Positions 15,298 through 23,998 of a stretch of 32,365 bases of DNA are shown piece by piece (positions within the stretch are counted from its first letter, which is position 1; each line of letters starts with the position of its first letter). The translations under genes and the position numbers were made by a program. The notes beneath the pieces are model-generated. The model worked only from the letters and a program-made list of their open reading frames with translations, was not told the origin of the DNA and ran no database searches. Source of the DNA: an uncultured virus (IMG/VR IMGVR_UViG_3300004774_000001) (lineage: Duplodnaviria > Heunggongvirae > Uroviricota > Caudoviricetes); the IMG/VR virus record IMGVR_UViG_3300004774_000001. One strand, written 5' to 3'.

Positions 15298-15862
15298 CTA
15301 CGAACGCGAAGTATGCACGACCCTCAGTCGATGGTGGACTGATGGGAAGCGTGATGATATCTTCTGGCGTTCTGCCGGCTCTGGGGCACGTGCGACGGTC
15401 AGGGGAAAACGCGGTAAGCAGACAGCGAATCAACACGGGGACGTCGCCGCAGTCGATCCGATTGGTGCCCCACTGACTGATTTATTTAGTATCGAAATCA
15501 AACGAGGGTACTCATCGTCTACCATCCATGATTTGCTGGACAGGAAGGATAAGTCGGCTGAGCTGCTCTATGACGAGTGGTTCTGCAAGGCGATTGATAG
15601 CTGCAAGTCGGCTGGAACATTCTCATGGCTACTGATCAGCCGGCGGGATAGACGAGAACCGATCATCTGGATGCCGGATGAAGTTAGGGTTGTCTTCCAG
15701 GTCGTTGGTGTTCATTTCGTTTTCTCACCATATACCAATATGATAGTTCGGTTGCGTCGGAAGAATGTTAGGTTCTGCCTGCATGTTTTTGGTCTTCGTC
15801 TAGATGATTTCCTTCGAAATGTTACGCGGCAGGAGATTCTAGAGCTTCAGAAGATAGCGTGA
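15281..15862 (+). CDS. Holliday junction resolvase-like PD-(D/E)XK nuclease
   Basis: GTG start after GGAGG; KGSDYEREV, WRSAGSGA, GDV and SIEIKRG (Hjc-type motif order). Confidence 0.8.
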   Translation: MAKGSDYEREVCTTLSRWWTDGKRDDIFWRSAGSGARATVRGKRGKQTANQHGDVAAVDPIGAPLTDLFSIEIKRGYSSSTIHDLLDRKDKSAELLYDEWFCKAIDSCKSAGTFSWLLISRRDRREPIIWMPDEVRVVFQVVGVHFVFSPYTNMIVRLRRKNVRFCLHVFGLRLDDFLRNVTRQEILELQKIA

Positions 15863-15890
15863 GATACGATAAGGGAATAGAAGGTGCTTC

Positions 15891-17027
15891 ATGCCAATAA
15901 CTTCACTATCGATCACGAATTTCCAAGCTCATCAGAAGTTGGATGTTGATCTCGACCCAACCGTCACGACCATCGTTGGCCCTTCCGATGTTGGGAAGTC
16001 CTCACTGATTCGAGCCTTTCGATGGACCTGTCTGAACGTCCCTGTCAGCTCTCTGATCAGGGAGGGGGCCAAGACCGCTACTGTTGGGTTGACGGTTGAT
16101 GGAAGATGTATTGGTCGTCAGCGTGGCACTGAGAACATCTATTCGCTGGATGGTAACGAGTTTCGGGCGTTTCGGACAGACGTCCCAGATGCGATTTTCT
16201 CTGTTCTAAACGTCTCGGAGATCAATTTCCAGTGCCAGCACGATGCTATCTTCGGGTTCTCTTCTACGCCAGGAGATATTAGCCGCCAGCTCAATGCCGT
16301 GGTTGACTTGGCAATCATAGATTCGACGCTAACTGAGATCACCAGGACATTCCATAAGGCCCGGACAGTTCTCCAGATCGCTGAGGAATCCCTTTCGAAG
16401 TCTGTTGCAGAGAGGGATTCTTTGGTGTGGGTAAGTACATGTGACGCAGAATTGAAGGCTGTGGAGGAGAAAGAGACTCTAGCATCTCAGATCAGATTTA
16501 GGGTTGACGAGCTGAGTGATCGACTGGAGACACTTGAGGCCGCGGCAAAGGAAACCGTCAAGGCGAAAGAGATTCTACGGGATTCAATCAGGATTCTAGA
16601 AGCAGCCAGGAAGGCCGGCATGCTGGGGAAGTTAGTGGTTGAGGTCGGGGAGGTCGTCAGTGCTGCAAGGAAAGCAAAGGAAGAGAAGGACAAGCCAGTC
16701 CCGGACATTACCGTTCTGGCCAGTTGCATCGAGGGGATTACACTGCTGAGAAAGAGGGTTACTTCCCTTGACGATGCTGTTGCTGATGCAGAGGATAAGA
16801 AGGGTAAGAAGAATTCACCAATTCCCGACATCTCGGAACTGTCTGGTTTCGTCGAGAAGATTGTTGAGCTAAGAAAGCAGGGGGCTGTTTTGTGGGGGAT
16901 GATTGAAGATGCCGAGGATAAGAAGGAATCGCTGAGATCAGCGAAGAAAGCCTTTGATGATGAGCACCGGAAATACGATGAGGCTGTAGGGAATAGATGC
17001 CCACTCTGTGGTAAGGAGATAGAATGA
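15891..17027 (+). CDS. sbcC: SbcC/Rad50 (gp46-like) N-terminal half: Walker A, Q-loop, coiled coil, zinc hook
   Basis: ITNFQAH, IVGPSDVGKSSLIRA and QCQHD, then a coiled coil ending in CPLCG. No Walker B in this ORF. Confidence 0.88.
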   Translation: MPITSLSITNFQAHQKLDVDLDPTVTTIVGPSDVGKSSLIRAFRWTCLNVPVSSLIREGAKTATVGLTVDGRCIGRQRGTENIYSLDGNEFRAFRTDVPDAIFSVLNVSEINFQCQHDAIFGFSSTPGDISRQLNAVVDLAIIDSTLTEITRTFHKARTVLQIAEESLSKSVAERDSLVWVSTCDAELKAVEEKETLASQIRFRVDELSDRLETLEAAAKETVKAKEILRDSIRILEAARKAGMLGKLVVEVGEVVSAARKAKEEKDKPVPDITVLASCIEGITLLRKRVTSLDDAVADAEDKKGKKNSPIPDISELSGFVEKIVELRKQGAVLWGMIEDAEDKKESLRSAKKAFDDEHRKYDEAVGNRCPLCGKEIE

Positions 17028-17953
17028 TGGGTGTTCTCGCTGTACTATGTTCTGATCTTCATTTCTCCCACAATGCTCCGACAGCAAGGTCTGCCGAGCC
17101 GTCATGGTACGTAGCTATGGAACGGGCATGGTATCAGGTGAGGGTAGCAGCCCAGGATTTCAAATGTCCAATCGTGATCGCTGGGGATATCTTTGATAAC
17201 TGGAGGAGTCCCCCAGAGCTGATTACGTTTGCCATCAAGCTGTTTCGCGGGTGGGACGTTTATACCATCCCAGGTCAACACGATCTCCCGAATCATGTCT
17301 ATCAGGATGCGTATCGATCTGCCTATGGGACTCTGATCGAGGCCGGGGCTGTCAAAGACATCCCTGCTGGTGAATGTTGGAATTTGGATGGTCTCGCCTT
17401 ATGGTCTTTCCCGTGGGGCTTCGAGATAGAGCCTGTATGCATGCCGAATCCGGAATACATTCATCTCGCAGTCGTTCATCGCTACATCTGGGTGAATAAC
17501 TGCAAGTATCCAGGTGCCCCAGAAGAGGCGAAGGTGGGGGTTTTCAAAAAGCAGCTCGAAGGATACAACGCTGCTGTTTTCGGTGACAACCACAAAGGTT
17601 TCTTAGCAGTTGCCGGAAAATGCGAGGTGCTCAACTGTGGTGGGTTGATGTCCCGAAAGTCGGATGAGAGGAATTATCAGCCCCACTATGGCTTACTGTT
17701 TGACGATGGGACGATTGAACGTGTCCCGTTGGACATCAGTCAGGATAAGTGGGTTGATCCCGAGGACGTTACTGCTTTGGTCGATGAATCGCTGAACATG
17801 GGTGGACTGATCAGCGAACTTGAACATCTTGGTGGGGATACGTTGAACTTCATTGAGGTACTGACTCGCTATGTTGAGAAGAACAAAATCAGTCCGGAAG
17901 TGGGCAGACTCATAGCAGACGCCCTCGATAAGGGAAGAGGGCATGCCACGTGA
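17024..17953 (+). CDS. sbcD: SbcD/Mre11 (gp47-like) metallophosphoesterase nuclease
   Basis: SDLH, AGDIFD, PGQHD, VVH and GDNH motifs. Confidence 0.9.
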   Translation: MMGVLAVLCSDLHFSHNAPTARSAEPSWYVAMERAWYQVRVAAQDFKCPIVIAGDIFDNWRSPPELITFAIKLFRGWDVYTIPGQHDLPNHVYQDAYRSAYGTLIEAGAVKDIPAGECWNLDGLALWSFPWGFEIEPVCMPNPEYIHLAVVHRYIWVNNCKYPGAPEEAKVGVFKKQLEGYNAAVFGDNHKGFLAVAGKCEVLNCGGLMSRKSDERNYQPHYGLLFDDGTIERVPLDISQDKWVDPEDVTALVDESLNMGGLISELEHLGGDTLNFIEVLTRYVEKNKISPEVGRLIADALDKGRGHAT

Positions 17954-18308
17954 AGTTCCGCAGAATGATTGGATGGCATATTTTCTTGAACTCCATCGAT
18001 GTCGCGGAGAAGTAAAGGGCCGAACTCTGTACCTCCCCTCACCATCGGACATTGAAGAGAGGAAAGAGGATTTGCGCTGGCTGGAGGATTGTGGATTCTC
18101 CCAGTCTTTTGTTGTCAACGTGATGGAGCACGATAACCCAACTATAGAACGCGCCCGGCAGATGGTATGCCGTTACGGCGTGGAGGAAACTAAACGGCGC
18201 TGTCAGGCATTTGCAGCCCCAACGGAATATGACGAGGAGGAAAACAATGGCAGTGAGCTTGGAAGAATACAAACGACTGAGGCAGAAGGTGGACGAGAGG
18301 AAGACTAA
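17943..18308 (+). CDS. Hypothetical protein
   Basis: 121-aa ORF with an RBS-like GAGGG, overlapping the sbcD stop and the next gene. Confidence 0.5.
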   Translation: MPREVPQNDWMAYFLELHRCRGEVKGRTLYLPSPSDIEERKEDLRWLEDCGFSQSFVVNVMEHDNPTIERARQMVCRYGVEETKRRCQAFAAPTEYDEEENNGSELGRIQTTEAEGGREED

Positions 18309-18492
18309 GGCGGACAGGGCCGAGGGGGCATATGACGAGGCCATGAAGAGGTTAAAGGCACTCGGGTATGATTCCATTGAAGGGGCTGAAGAGGTTTTGG
18401 CTGGACTGAGGAAGGAGTTGGCGGTGGCCGAGGAAGCTTATGAGAAAGAGCTGGTGGCTTTCAAAGTGAAATGGGAAGGGAAGTTGGAATGA
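18247..18492 (+). CDS. Small coiled-coil protein (possibly a detached SbcC coiled-coil segment)
   Basis: GAGGAGG RBS; 81 aa MAVSLEEYKRLRQKV... with a heptad-like charge pattern; lies between the two SbcC halves. Confidence 0.75.
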   Translation: MAVSLEEYKRLRQKVDERKTKADRAEGAYDEAMKRLKALGYDSIEGAEEVLAGLRKELAVAEEAYEKELVAFKVKWEGKLE

Positions 18493-18659
18493 ATACTTTT
18501 GAGAATGAACTAAATAGTGCGGTCCTGCCGGATGGTAATCTAAACATTGGCCACATCAACGCGAAGATCAGCGGAGAATCTCAAACTAGTAAACAGCCAG
18601 ACGAGATCCTAGAGCAGGTGAATGATCTGTCAATTGAGATGTTTAAGGACAGGTCATGA
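18489..18659 (+). CDS. Hypothetical protein
   Basis: 56 aa, with ATGA coupling at both ends. Confidence 0.6.
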   Translation: MNTFENELNSAVLPDGNLNIGHINAKISGESQTSKQPDEILEQVNDLSIEMFKDRS

Positions 18660-19219
18660 TTGATCCCCGTCAAAAAGTCAATAAGCTGAAGGCCAGACTA
18701 GACTCTGCCAATGAGATGGTGAAGCGGGATCGTCTGGCCGTGACGAACGCTGAGGAATTCCTATACAATGCTGAGGAAGCAAAGAAGATTATCCAGCAGG
18801 TAGGCCAGGCACTCCAAACGGAAGCCCACGAACGACTAGCCGGAGTAGTAACGAGATGCCTGGAAGCAGTGTTTGACGAACCCTATGAGTTCAAGATCAT
18901 TTTTGAACAGAAGAGGGGACAGACGGAAGCTAGGTTGGTTTTCATCCGGGATGGGATGGAGATCAATCCGATGGATGCCGCAGGAGGTGGTGTGGTGGAT
19001 GTCGCTGCCTTCGCCCTCCGACTTTCTTGCATTATGCTGAAGAGGCCGGCTGTTCGACGACTACTTGTTCTTGATGAACCCTTTCGCTTTGTCTCAGCCA
19101 ACTACAGGGATCGAGTGCGTCAGATGTTGGAGAGTTTGTCAAAGAAGATGGGAATTCAGATACTGATGGTCACACATATCCCAGAGCTAGTCACCGGGAA
19201 GGTGGTAGAGCTAGGGTAG
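18656..19219 (+). CDS. sbcC: SbcC/Rad50 C-terminal half: coiled coil, signature, Walker B, H-loop
   Basis: AAGGG (degenerate signature), FALRL, LLVLDEPF and LMVTH. Confidence 0.88.
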   Translation: MIDPRQKVNKLKARLDSANEMVKRDRLAVTNAEEFLYNAEEAKKIIQQVGQALQTEAHERLAGVVTRCLEAVFDEPYEFKIIFEQKRGQTEARLVFIRDGMEINPMDAAGGGVVDVAAFALRLSCIMLKRPAVRRLLVLDEPFRFVSANYRDRVRQMLESLSKKMGIQILMVTHIPELVTGKVVELG

Positions 19220-19233
19220 CTCACGGGTGACAA

Positions 19234-19431
19234 ATGATTGACCGCAAGCAACGCGAGTACAGGATGAGACGGGCCATGCAGATGATCGTAGCTGAGAAGG
19301 TACACGTTACAATACCGTCTGTCCCTTGTATCGGACAGGTATACATGGTCGGCTCACCCGGACCATTCTACCACAGCACGAATTCGTGGCCGTGGGATGT
19401 GGGCAAGCTGAGTAAGAATAGGTTGAAATGA
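19234..19431 (+). CDS. Hypothetical protein
   Basis: 65 aa, coupled to the next ORF by ATGA. Confidence 0.55.
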   Translation: MIDRKQREYRMRRAMQMIVAEKVHVTIPSVPCIGQVYMVGSPGPFYHSTNSWPWDVGKLSKNRLK

Positions 19432-19625
19432 CTACCAAGAGAATCAGACTGAAGAACCGCAAACCTCATTTCAATACTCGTCCAACAGATCAGGTTCGCG
19501 TGATTAGGGATGCTCGAGACGCACGTAGGGATTACTTGATGGATAGGCAAGAAGCAAAGCGCCTCTATGAGCAGGGGAAGATGGCTTTTGACGTCACTAA
19601 CAATACCTATGCGGAGATATGCTGA
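19428..19625 (+). CDS. Hypothetical basic protein
   Basis: 65 aa, coupled to both neighbours. Confidence 0.6.
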   Translation: MTTKRIRLKNRKPHFNTRPTDQVRVIRDARDARRDYLMDRQEAKRLYEQGKMAFDVTNNTYAEIC

Positions 19626-19867
19626 TGGACGACCGAACTGGGAATCTGTTTTCCGGTGATCAAATGGCAGCGATGATGGCTGGCAGAAATTTTCTCAACG
19701 AGACAGCAAAGAGGCGTCTCGATCAGGAGCTCAGCCATCTCGTGTTGACGAAGCTAGAGCCGACTGAGCAACAGAAGCGGCGAGGGAGAATCGGCCGTAA
19801 TGAACTCTGCCCATGTGGAAGTGGAAAGAAGTTCAAGCGATGCCACCTGAAGGAAGTGAAATCATGA
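19619..19867 (+). CDS. SEC-C motif zinc-binding small protein
   Basis: C-terminal IGRNELCPCGSGKKFKRCH is a canonical SEC-C motif. Confidence 0.85.
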   Translation: MLMDDRTGNLFSGDQMAAMMAGRNFLNETAKRRLDQELSHLVLTKLEPTEQQKRRGRIGRNELCPCGSGKKFKRCHLKEVKS

Positions 19868-20361
19868 TCGACATAGGACAACCAACAGCAGATCTCAAGA
19901 CGGTCCTGGAGGATAACGCTAGGCTGAGAGCAAAGCTGACGCAGATCCAGGAGAAGCTGGAAACGATTGTTGAGCCAGAGGGAATCGATGCCGGGGTGAT
20001 TCTGTTATCCACCGAGTCGCCAACGCACGGGGAGATGGGGAGCGGGGGCACTGTTCACCAGGTGTATGACCATGAATACTTCTCTGAATTAGGGGATGCA
20101 CTGGTTGAGTTGTGGAAGATGTTGAAGGAAGAGGACGATGCAAGTCTGGCAGTGCTGGCCAGAGAACAGGTTCGCACAGGTAACTACCAAACAACAGAGC
20201 AGTACCTCAGTGAAATTAAACGGATGAAGGAAATTCAGCGCTGTCCTCGTTGTGGGAGTAGTGATCCAAAACTCCACCCAGCAGTACAGTATGAAGGTGA
20301 GGTTCAGATATGCCCGCATGAATTTCACAACAAGGAAGTTGAATCCTCAACTTCAAAGTGA
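19864..20361 (+). CDS. Hypothetical protein with a C-terminal CxxC...CxxxxH zinc-ribbon-like motif
   Basis: The ATG at 19864 overlaps the upstream stop; coiled-coil N-terminus; CPRCGS...CPHEFH. Confidence 0.65.
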   Translation: MIDIGQPTADLKTVLEDNARLRAKLTQIQEKLETIVEPEGIDAGVILLSTESPTHGEMGSGGTVHQVYDHEYFSELGDALVELWKMLKEEDDASLAVLAREQVRTGNYQTTEQYLSEIKRMKEIQRCPRCGSSDPKLHPAVQYEGEVQICPHEFHNKEVESSTSK

Positions 20362-20399
20362 TTACTGTCCATAGCGATAGCCTAATAATAGGAGTTGAA

Positions 20400-21101
20400 A
20401 TGGCATTCAAAAGAGGAAGGGCACCGGGAGTAATCTCAAAAGATCGCTACGAGCGACTCCGCGCCCTGAATCCTCTTTTCGCACAAGGAGGATATACCCT
20501 CGCTGAGCTATCTGCTCGCTTTGGCGTCTCTATGCCTGTGATATCAGAAGACCGTGATTACATCATGGCCAACTGGTGGAGGAGTGAGGCATACGAGGAG
20601 ACTAAGGATGCCAGGCTTCTGAGGGTGAAAGAGCTGGAGCAGATCAAGCGGTTCGCTCTGGAGAGCTATTACCGCAGCCGGCAGGACAAAGAAGAAGTCA
20701 CGACCAGATATGACAAGAAGGAATGCGAGGAGTGCCACGGAACAGGGAAGCTGCCGAAGTGCAGGTGCCTCAACTGTGAGGGGATAGGGTACGTGACAGA
20801 GGAAATCATCTCGAGGAAGGTATCAGGGAATCCAGGGGATGCGGCGTTTCTGAACACAGCTAGAGGATGTCTGGTTGACATCTGCCGCTTGGAAGCTCTA
20901 TTCAAAGAGCCGGAAGTGAAGGTGCAGCACGTGATCTCAGGCGGGATCACCCACAGTCACTCGCTTGAGAATAAGTATAGGGATGTCGACCCGAATCTAG
21001 TGATGGATGCGAAGAGGGCTATGGCACTGCTAGAAGAGGCTGTGATGCGGAACGTGATCGAAGGGGAATTAGTTGAAAAGAAAGAAGATGTGCCAGACTG
21101 A
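20400..21101 (+). CDS. Probable terminase small subunit (HTH) with a DnaJ-type zinc-finger insertion
   Basis: AGGAG RBS; HTH GYTLAELSARFGVSMPVISEDR; GDAAFL; CEECHGTG...CLNCEGIG; lies upstream of terL. Confidence 0.6.
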   Translation: MAFKRGRAPGVISKDRYERLRALNPLFAQGGYTLAELSARFGVSMPVISEDRDYIMANWWRSEAYEETKDARLLRVKELEQIKRFALESYYRSRQDKEEVTTRYDKKECEECHGTGKLPKCRCLNCEGIGYVTEEIISRKVSGNPGDAAFLNTARGCLVDICRLEALFKEPEVKVQHVISGGITHSHSLENKYRDVDPNLVMDAKRAMALLEEAVMRNVIEGELVEKKEDVPD

Positions 21102-21168
21102 AGCAGAAGGTGGACGACATGTCTAATTTTGATTGCCGCGGCGGATTGAAAGCATAATGGGAATTGGA

Positions 21169-21429
21169 ATGACTCAAAGCAAGAACAACAAAGCGATGTT
21201 GAAAACGAACGCCTTCTGCGTGGACGCCAGAGAGCGTCGACAGCGACAGAAGGCAGCAAAGACTGCCATCGTTGCGGAGCAGACGATTCAGAAGGTGCTA
21301 CTCCGCCGGCTTGAATTCATGATGCCGCTTATGGCTGAAGAAGGCAGTAGTCCGGCTCAAAGCAATGACCCACCGCAACAGAAAGACGGACATGGGACTG
21401 CCCATAGTGATCAGTCACAATCAGATTGA
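21169..21429 (+). CDS. Hypothetical protein
   Basis: Open frame between the terS-like gene and terL; start uncertain. Confidence 0.45.
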   Translation: MTQSKNNKAMLKTNAFCVDARERRQRQKAAKTAIVAEQTIQKVLLRRLEFMMPLMAEEGSSPAQSNDPPQQKDGHGTAHSDQSQSD

Positions 21430-21532
21430 CGCGGTCACCTACCGTCTCACTGATGGTGGCTCTGCAAGGCTGCCGCTCATTGAGACGAAGAATCTCCTCA
21501 TCTTCGGGGGCAGGGAAGTAGAGAGCAAATAG
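21392..21532 (+). CDS. Small hypothetical protein (not in the supplied ORF track)
   Basis: MGLPIVISHNQIDAVTYRLTDGGSARLPLIETKNLLIFGGREVESK* fills the gap before terL. Confidence 0.35.
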   Translation: MGLPIVISHNQIDAVTYRLTDGGSARLPLIETKNLLIFGGREVESK

Positions 21533-21539
21533 GCGATCC

Positions 21540-23165
21540 ATGTCTAGTCCTCCTGTATCTAATATCCTACCTGCTGATTATACAGAGGGAGCTGACAAAG
21601 TTAACAGTGCCTACAGGGAGATTTCCAGAAATAATTTCCTGGTCTTTGTGCGTGGCCTTATCATCCCATCTGCTTCCGGTCCACGCCTCTTCGATCTTGT
21701 GATGGCGGATTTCCAGCGAGAGTTCTTTGGAGACATAGCGCCAAGCCTGCATGCTATCAAAGATGGACGGATGCCTCCTGCTCGCCGATTTTGGTTAGAG
21801 CGAACCAAGAAGACCTCGAAAGATGCTGACGTTGCCGCCTGTCTTCTCTGGCTGATGGCGTTCTCCACTAGACCAATCCTTGGTCAAGTCTGCGCCGCTA
21901 ATAGTGAGCAAGCCGCAATCATCGAGGACAGATCAACATCCCTCCTTCACTACAACCCTTGGTTGAGGGAGTACGTCGAGATCATCCAGCGCATGATCAG
22001 ATCGAAGACGATGCCGAGGGAGACTAAGGTTCAGATTGAAGCGACCGGCTCGGCCGGTTCGGCTCAGGGGCCGACACCTGACATCCTCGTGCTGAACGAG
22101 TTGGTGCACGTTGATAGATGGGAGGTGATGCGATCCCATATGAACAATGCTGCTGGTGTTCCTCGTGGTGTTGTAATTGTAGCAACGAATGCCGGCATCA
22201 AGGGCACACCGGCCGAGGTGTGGAGGAACAATGCTCTCAACAACAGGAAGCGGTGGAATGTTCACCTATGGTCAAAGAGGGCGCCGTGGATCAGTAAGGA
22301 GGATATGGAGGATGCACGGAGGCTGGACCCCATCGGGGCTGAATTCGCTCGTCTATGGGAAGGAAAATGGGTCAGCGGAATAGGTGACGCAGTGGATCAA
22401 GATTCGATAGATCGGTGCTTCTGCTCCCCAGGCCCACTATCAGCCCCAGAGCAGAACTGGCGGTACATAGCAGGACTTGATCTAGGGATCAGTCATGATC
22501 ATGCTGGAATTGTTGGTCTCGGAGTCAGTGAGCGAGAGCAGCGGGTGAAGGAAACATGGATGAGAGGGTATGCCCCGTCAGTGCCGAATGACAAAGGCGT
22601 GCTTGAGGTTGATTGCGATCAGGTCGAAGAAGATGCCTACAATCTGTGGAAGACGTTCCACATTGAGCATTTTGGTTATGACCCAGCCGCCGGCGGATCA
22701 TTTATGGCCCAGCGGCTCCGCAAGCGGGGAGTCCCGATGAGGGAGATGACGTTCTCGTCTTCAACTAATCAGACTGAGATGGCCGTCGCCTTTGTAACGT
22801 TGATGAAGGATGGGAAGCTTGAATGTTACGAGGATTCTGAAGGACGGATGAGAAGGGACTTTGGCAAGTTCAACATTGAACACAAGCCGCCATCGAGATA
22901 CAAGCTAGTCGCCGTCAGTGACGAGCACGGCCATGCCGACGTCGGAGTATCGTTGGTGATCGCCCTGCCAAAAGCAGTCGAGATGTTAGGTGGGTCGATC
23001 CGGCTGCAGAAGGAAGATGTGTTGGTAGACGCCAATGATGAGGAGTTGTCAGGGAAGGAAGTCGAGGGGATGCCGGAAGCGCTGAGAGAGATTTATGATA
23101 TGGGTGTGGAGGATGATGAAGAGTGGCGGGTGAAGAAATGCCCGAAGATATCGGATCTCGACTGA
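21540..23165 (+). CDS. terL: Terminase large subunit
   Basis: Q-motif FQREF, Walker A region WLERTKKTSKD, AANSEQA, Walker B region ILVLNELVH, coupling motif ATNAG, and RNase H-like nuclease motifs IAGLDLG, YDP and HAD. Confidence 0.8.
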   Translation: MSSPPVSNILPADYTEGADKVNSAYREISRNNFLVFVRGLIIPSASGPRLFDLVMADFQREFFGDIAPSLHAIKDGRMPPARRFWLERTKKTSKDADVAACLLWLMAFSTRPILGQVCAANSEQAAIIEDRSTSLLHYNPWLREYVEIIQRMIRSKTMPRETKVQIEATGSAGSAQGPTPDILVLNELVHVDRWEVMRSHMNNAAGVPRGVVIVATNAGIKGTPAEVWRNNALNNRKRWNVHLWSKRAPWISKEDMEDARRLDPIGAEFARLWEGKWVSGIGDAVDQDSIDRCFCSPGPLSAPEQNWRYIAGLDLGISHDHAGIVGLGVSEREQRVKETWMRGYAPSVPNDKGVLEVDCDQVEEDAYNLWKTFHIEHFGYDPAAGGSFMAQRLRKRGVPMREMTFSSSTNQTEMAVAFVTLMKDGKLECYEDSEGRMRRDFGKFNIEHKPPSRYKLVAVSDEHGHADVGVSLVIALPKAVEMLGGSIRLQKEDVLVDANDEELSGKEVEGMPEALREIYDMGVEDDEEWRVKKCPKISDLD

Positions 23166-23184
23166 GGAATTGTCAGCCCGATTT

Positions 23185-23219
23185 TCTGTATAGGAATACA
23201 GACCGATCTGGCATATACT
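23185..23219 (+). promoter_or_regulatory. Inverted repeat plus -10-like hexamer upstream of the late gene block
   Basis: TCTGTAT-AGGA-ATACAGA (23185-23202) and TATACT (23214-23219) in the 100-bp intergenic gap. Confidence 0.35.
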
Positions 23220-23265
23220 GGGATGCACTGAGTGTCTATACCTTGTTTGCGAAGGAGACCGAACG

Positions 23266-23982
23266 ATGAAGAGTTTCGTAACTTTGATGATTGGGCTGGT
23301 TGCTATCGCATTTCTTCTACCACCGCTCGCTGAGGCCCAGCAACCGGGAACGTATATCCTGTCCGTGGGAACGATGACCGTTGGTGCAGACGGTAAGATC
23401 ACCGTGGCGCAGACGTCGCTCACTCTGGTGAGGGTCGGCGAAAACCCTACGCCACCGGGACCGGGACCACGGCCACCAGTCCCGACGCAAACGCGAGCCC
23501 AGCAGATCCAAGCCGCGGCGGAAGCGGCGACGGCAGACCCCAGCCGGCAGGAAACGGCGGCGACACTGGCGGCCCTGTACGACATGATCAGCCAGCAGAT
23601 CAAAGCTGGGAAGGCAACAGGCCAGCCAACGATCAGAACGGCGCTGCTATCGTGCGACCAGTTCGCGATTCCCAAGGGCCTAGTAGCGGCAACCTCCTGG
23701 AAGCCGTTCCAGACACTGTTCACAAGTCTGTGGGAAGAACAGGTTCAAACCAACGTCGACGATGGCGAACTCGCTGAGTTGATTGACGAGACGGTGGTCG
23801 GACTCAAGGCAGCAGCTCCGAATATGAGCACGCAGGCCCCTACGATTATCGTCGATGGGAAGGCTGTCCCGAATCCTCAGGTGCAGGCGGAAGGGCCAAA
23901 CGTTGGCAAGCTCAATTGGGCTGAGTTGATCAAGTTTTTCATGTCAGTTATTCTTCCTATGTTGCTCCCGTTGCTGAGCTAA
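23266..23982 (+). CDS. Exported protein with a signal peptide, a Pro-rich linker and a hydrophobic C-terminus
   Basis: AAGGAG RBS; MKSFVTLMIGLVAIAFLLPPLAEA signal peptide; PTPPGPGPRPPVP; C-terminal FFMSVILPMLLPLLS. Confidence 0.8.
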   Translation: MKSFVTLMIGLVAIAFLLPPLAEAQQPGTYILSVGTMTVGADGKITVAQTSLTLVRVGENPTPPGPGPRPPVPTQTRAQQIQAAAEAATADPSRQETAATLAALYDMISQQIKAGKATGQPTIRTALLSCDQFAIPKGLVAATSWKPFQTLFTSLWEEQVQTNVDDGELAELIDETVVGLKAAAPNMSTQAPTIIVDGKAVPNPQVQAEGPNVGKLNWAELIKFFMSVILPMLLPLLS

Positions 23983-23998
23983 GAAAGGATGCTGACCC

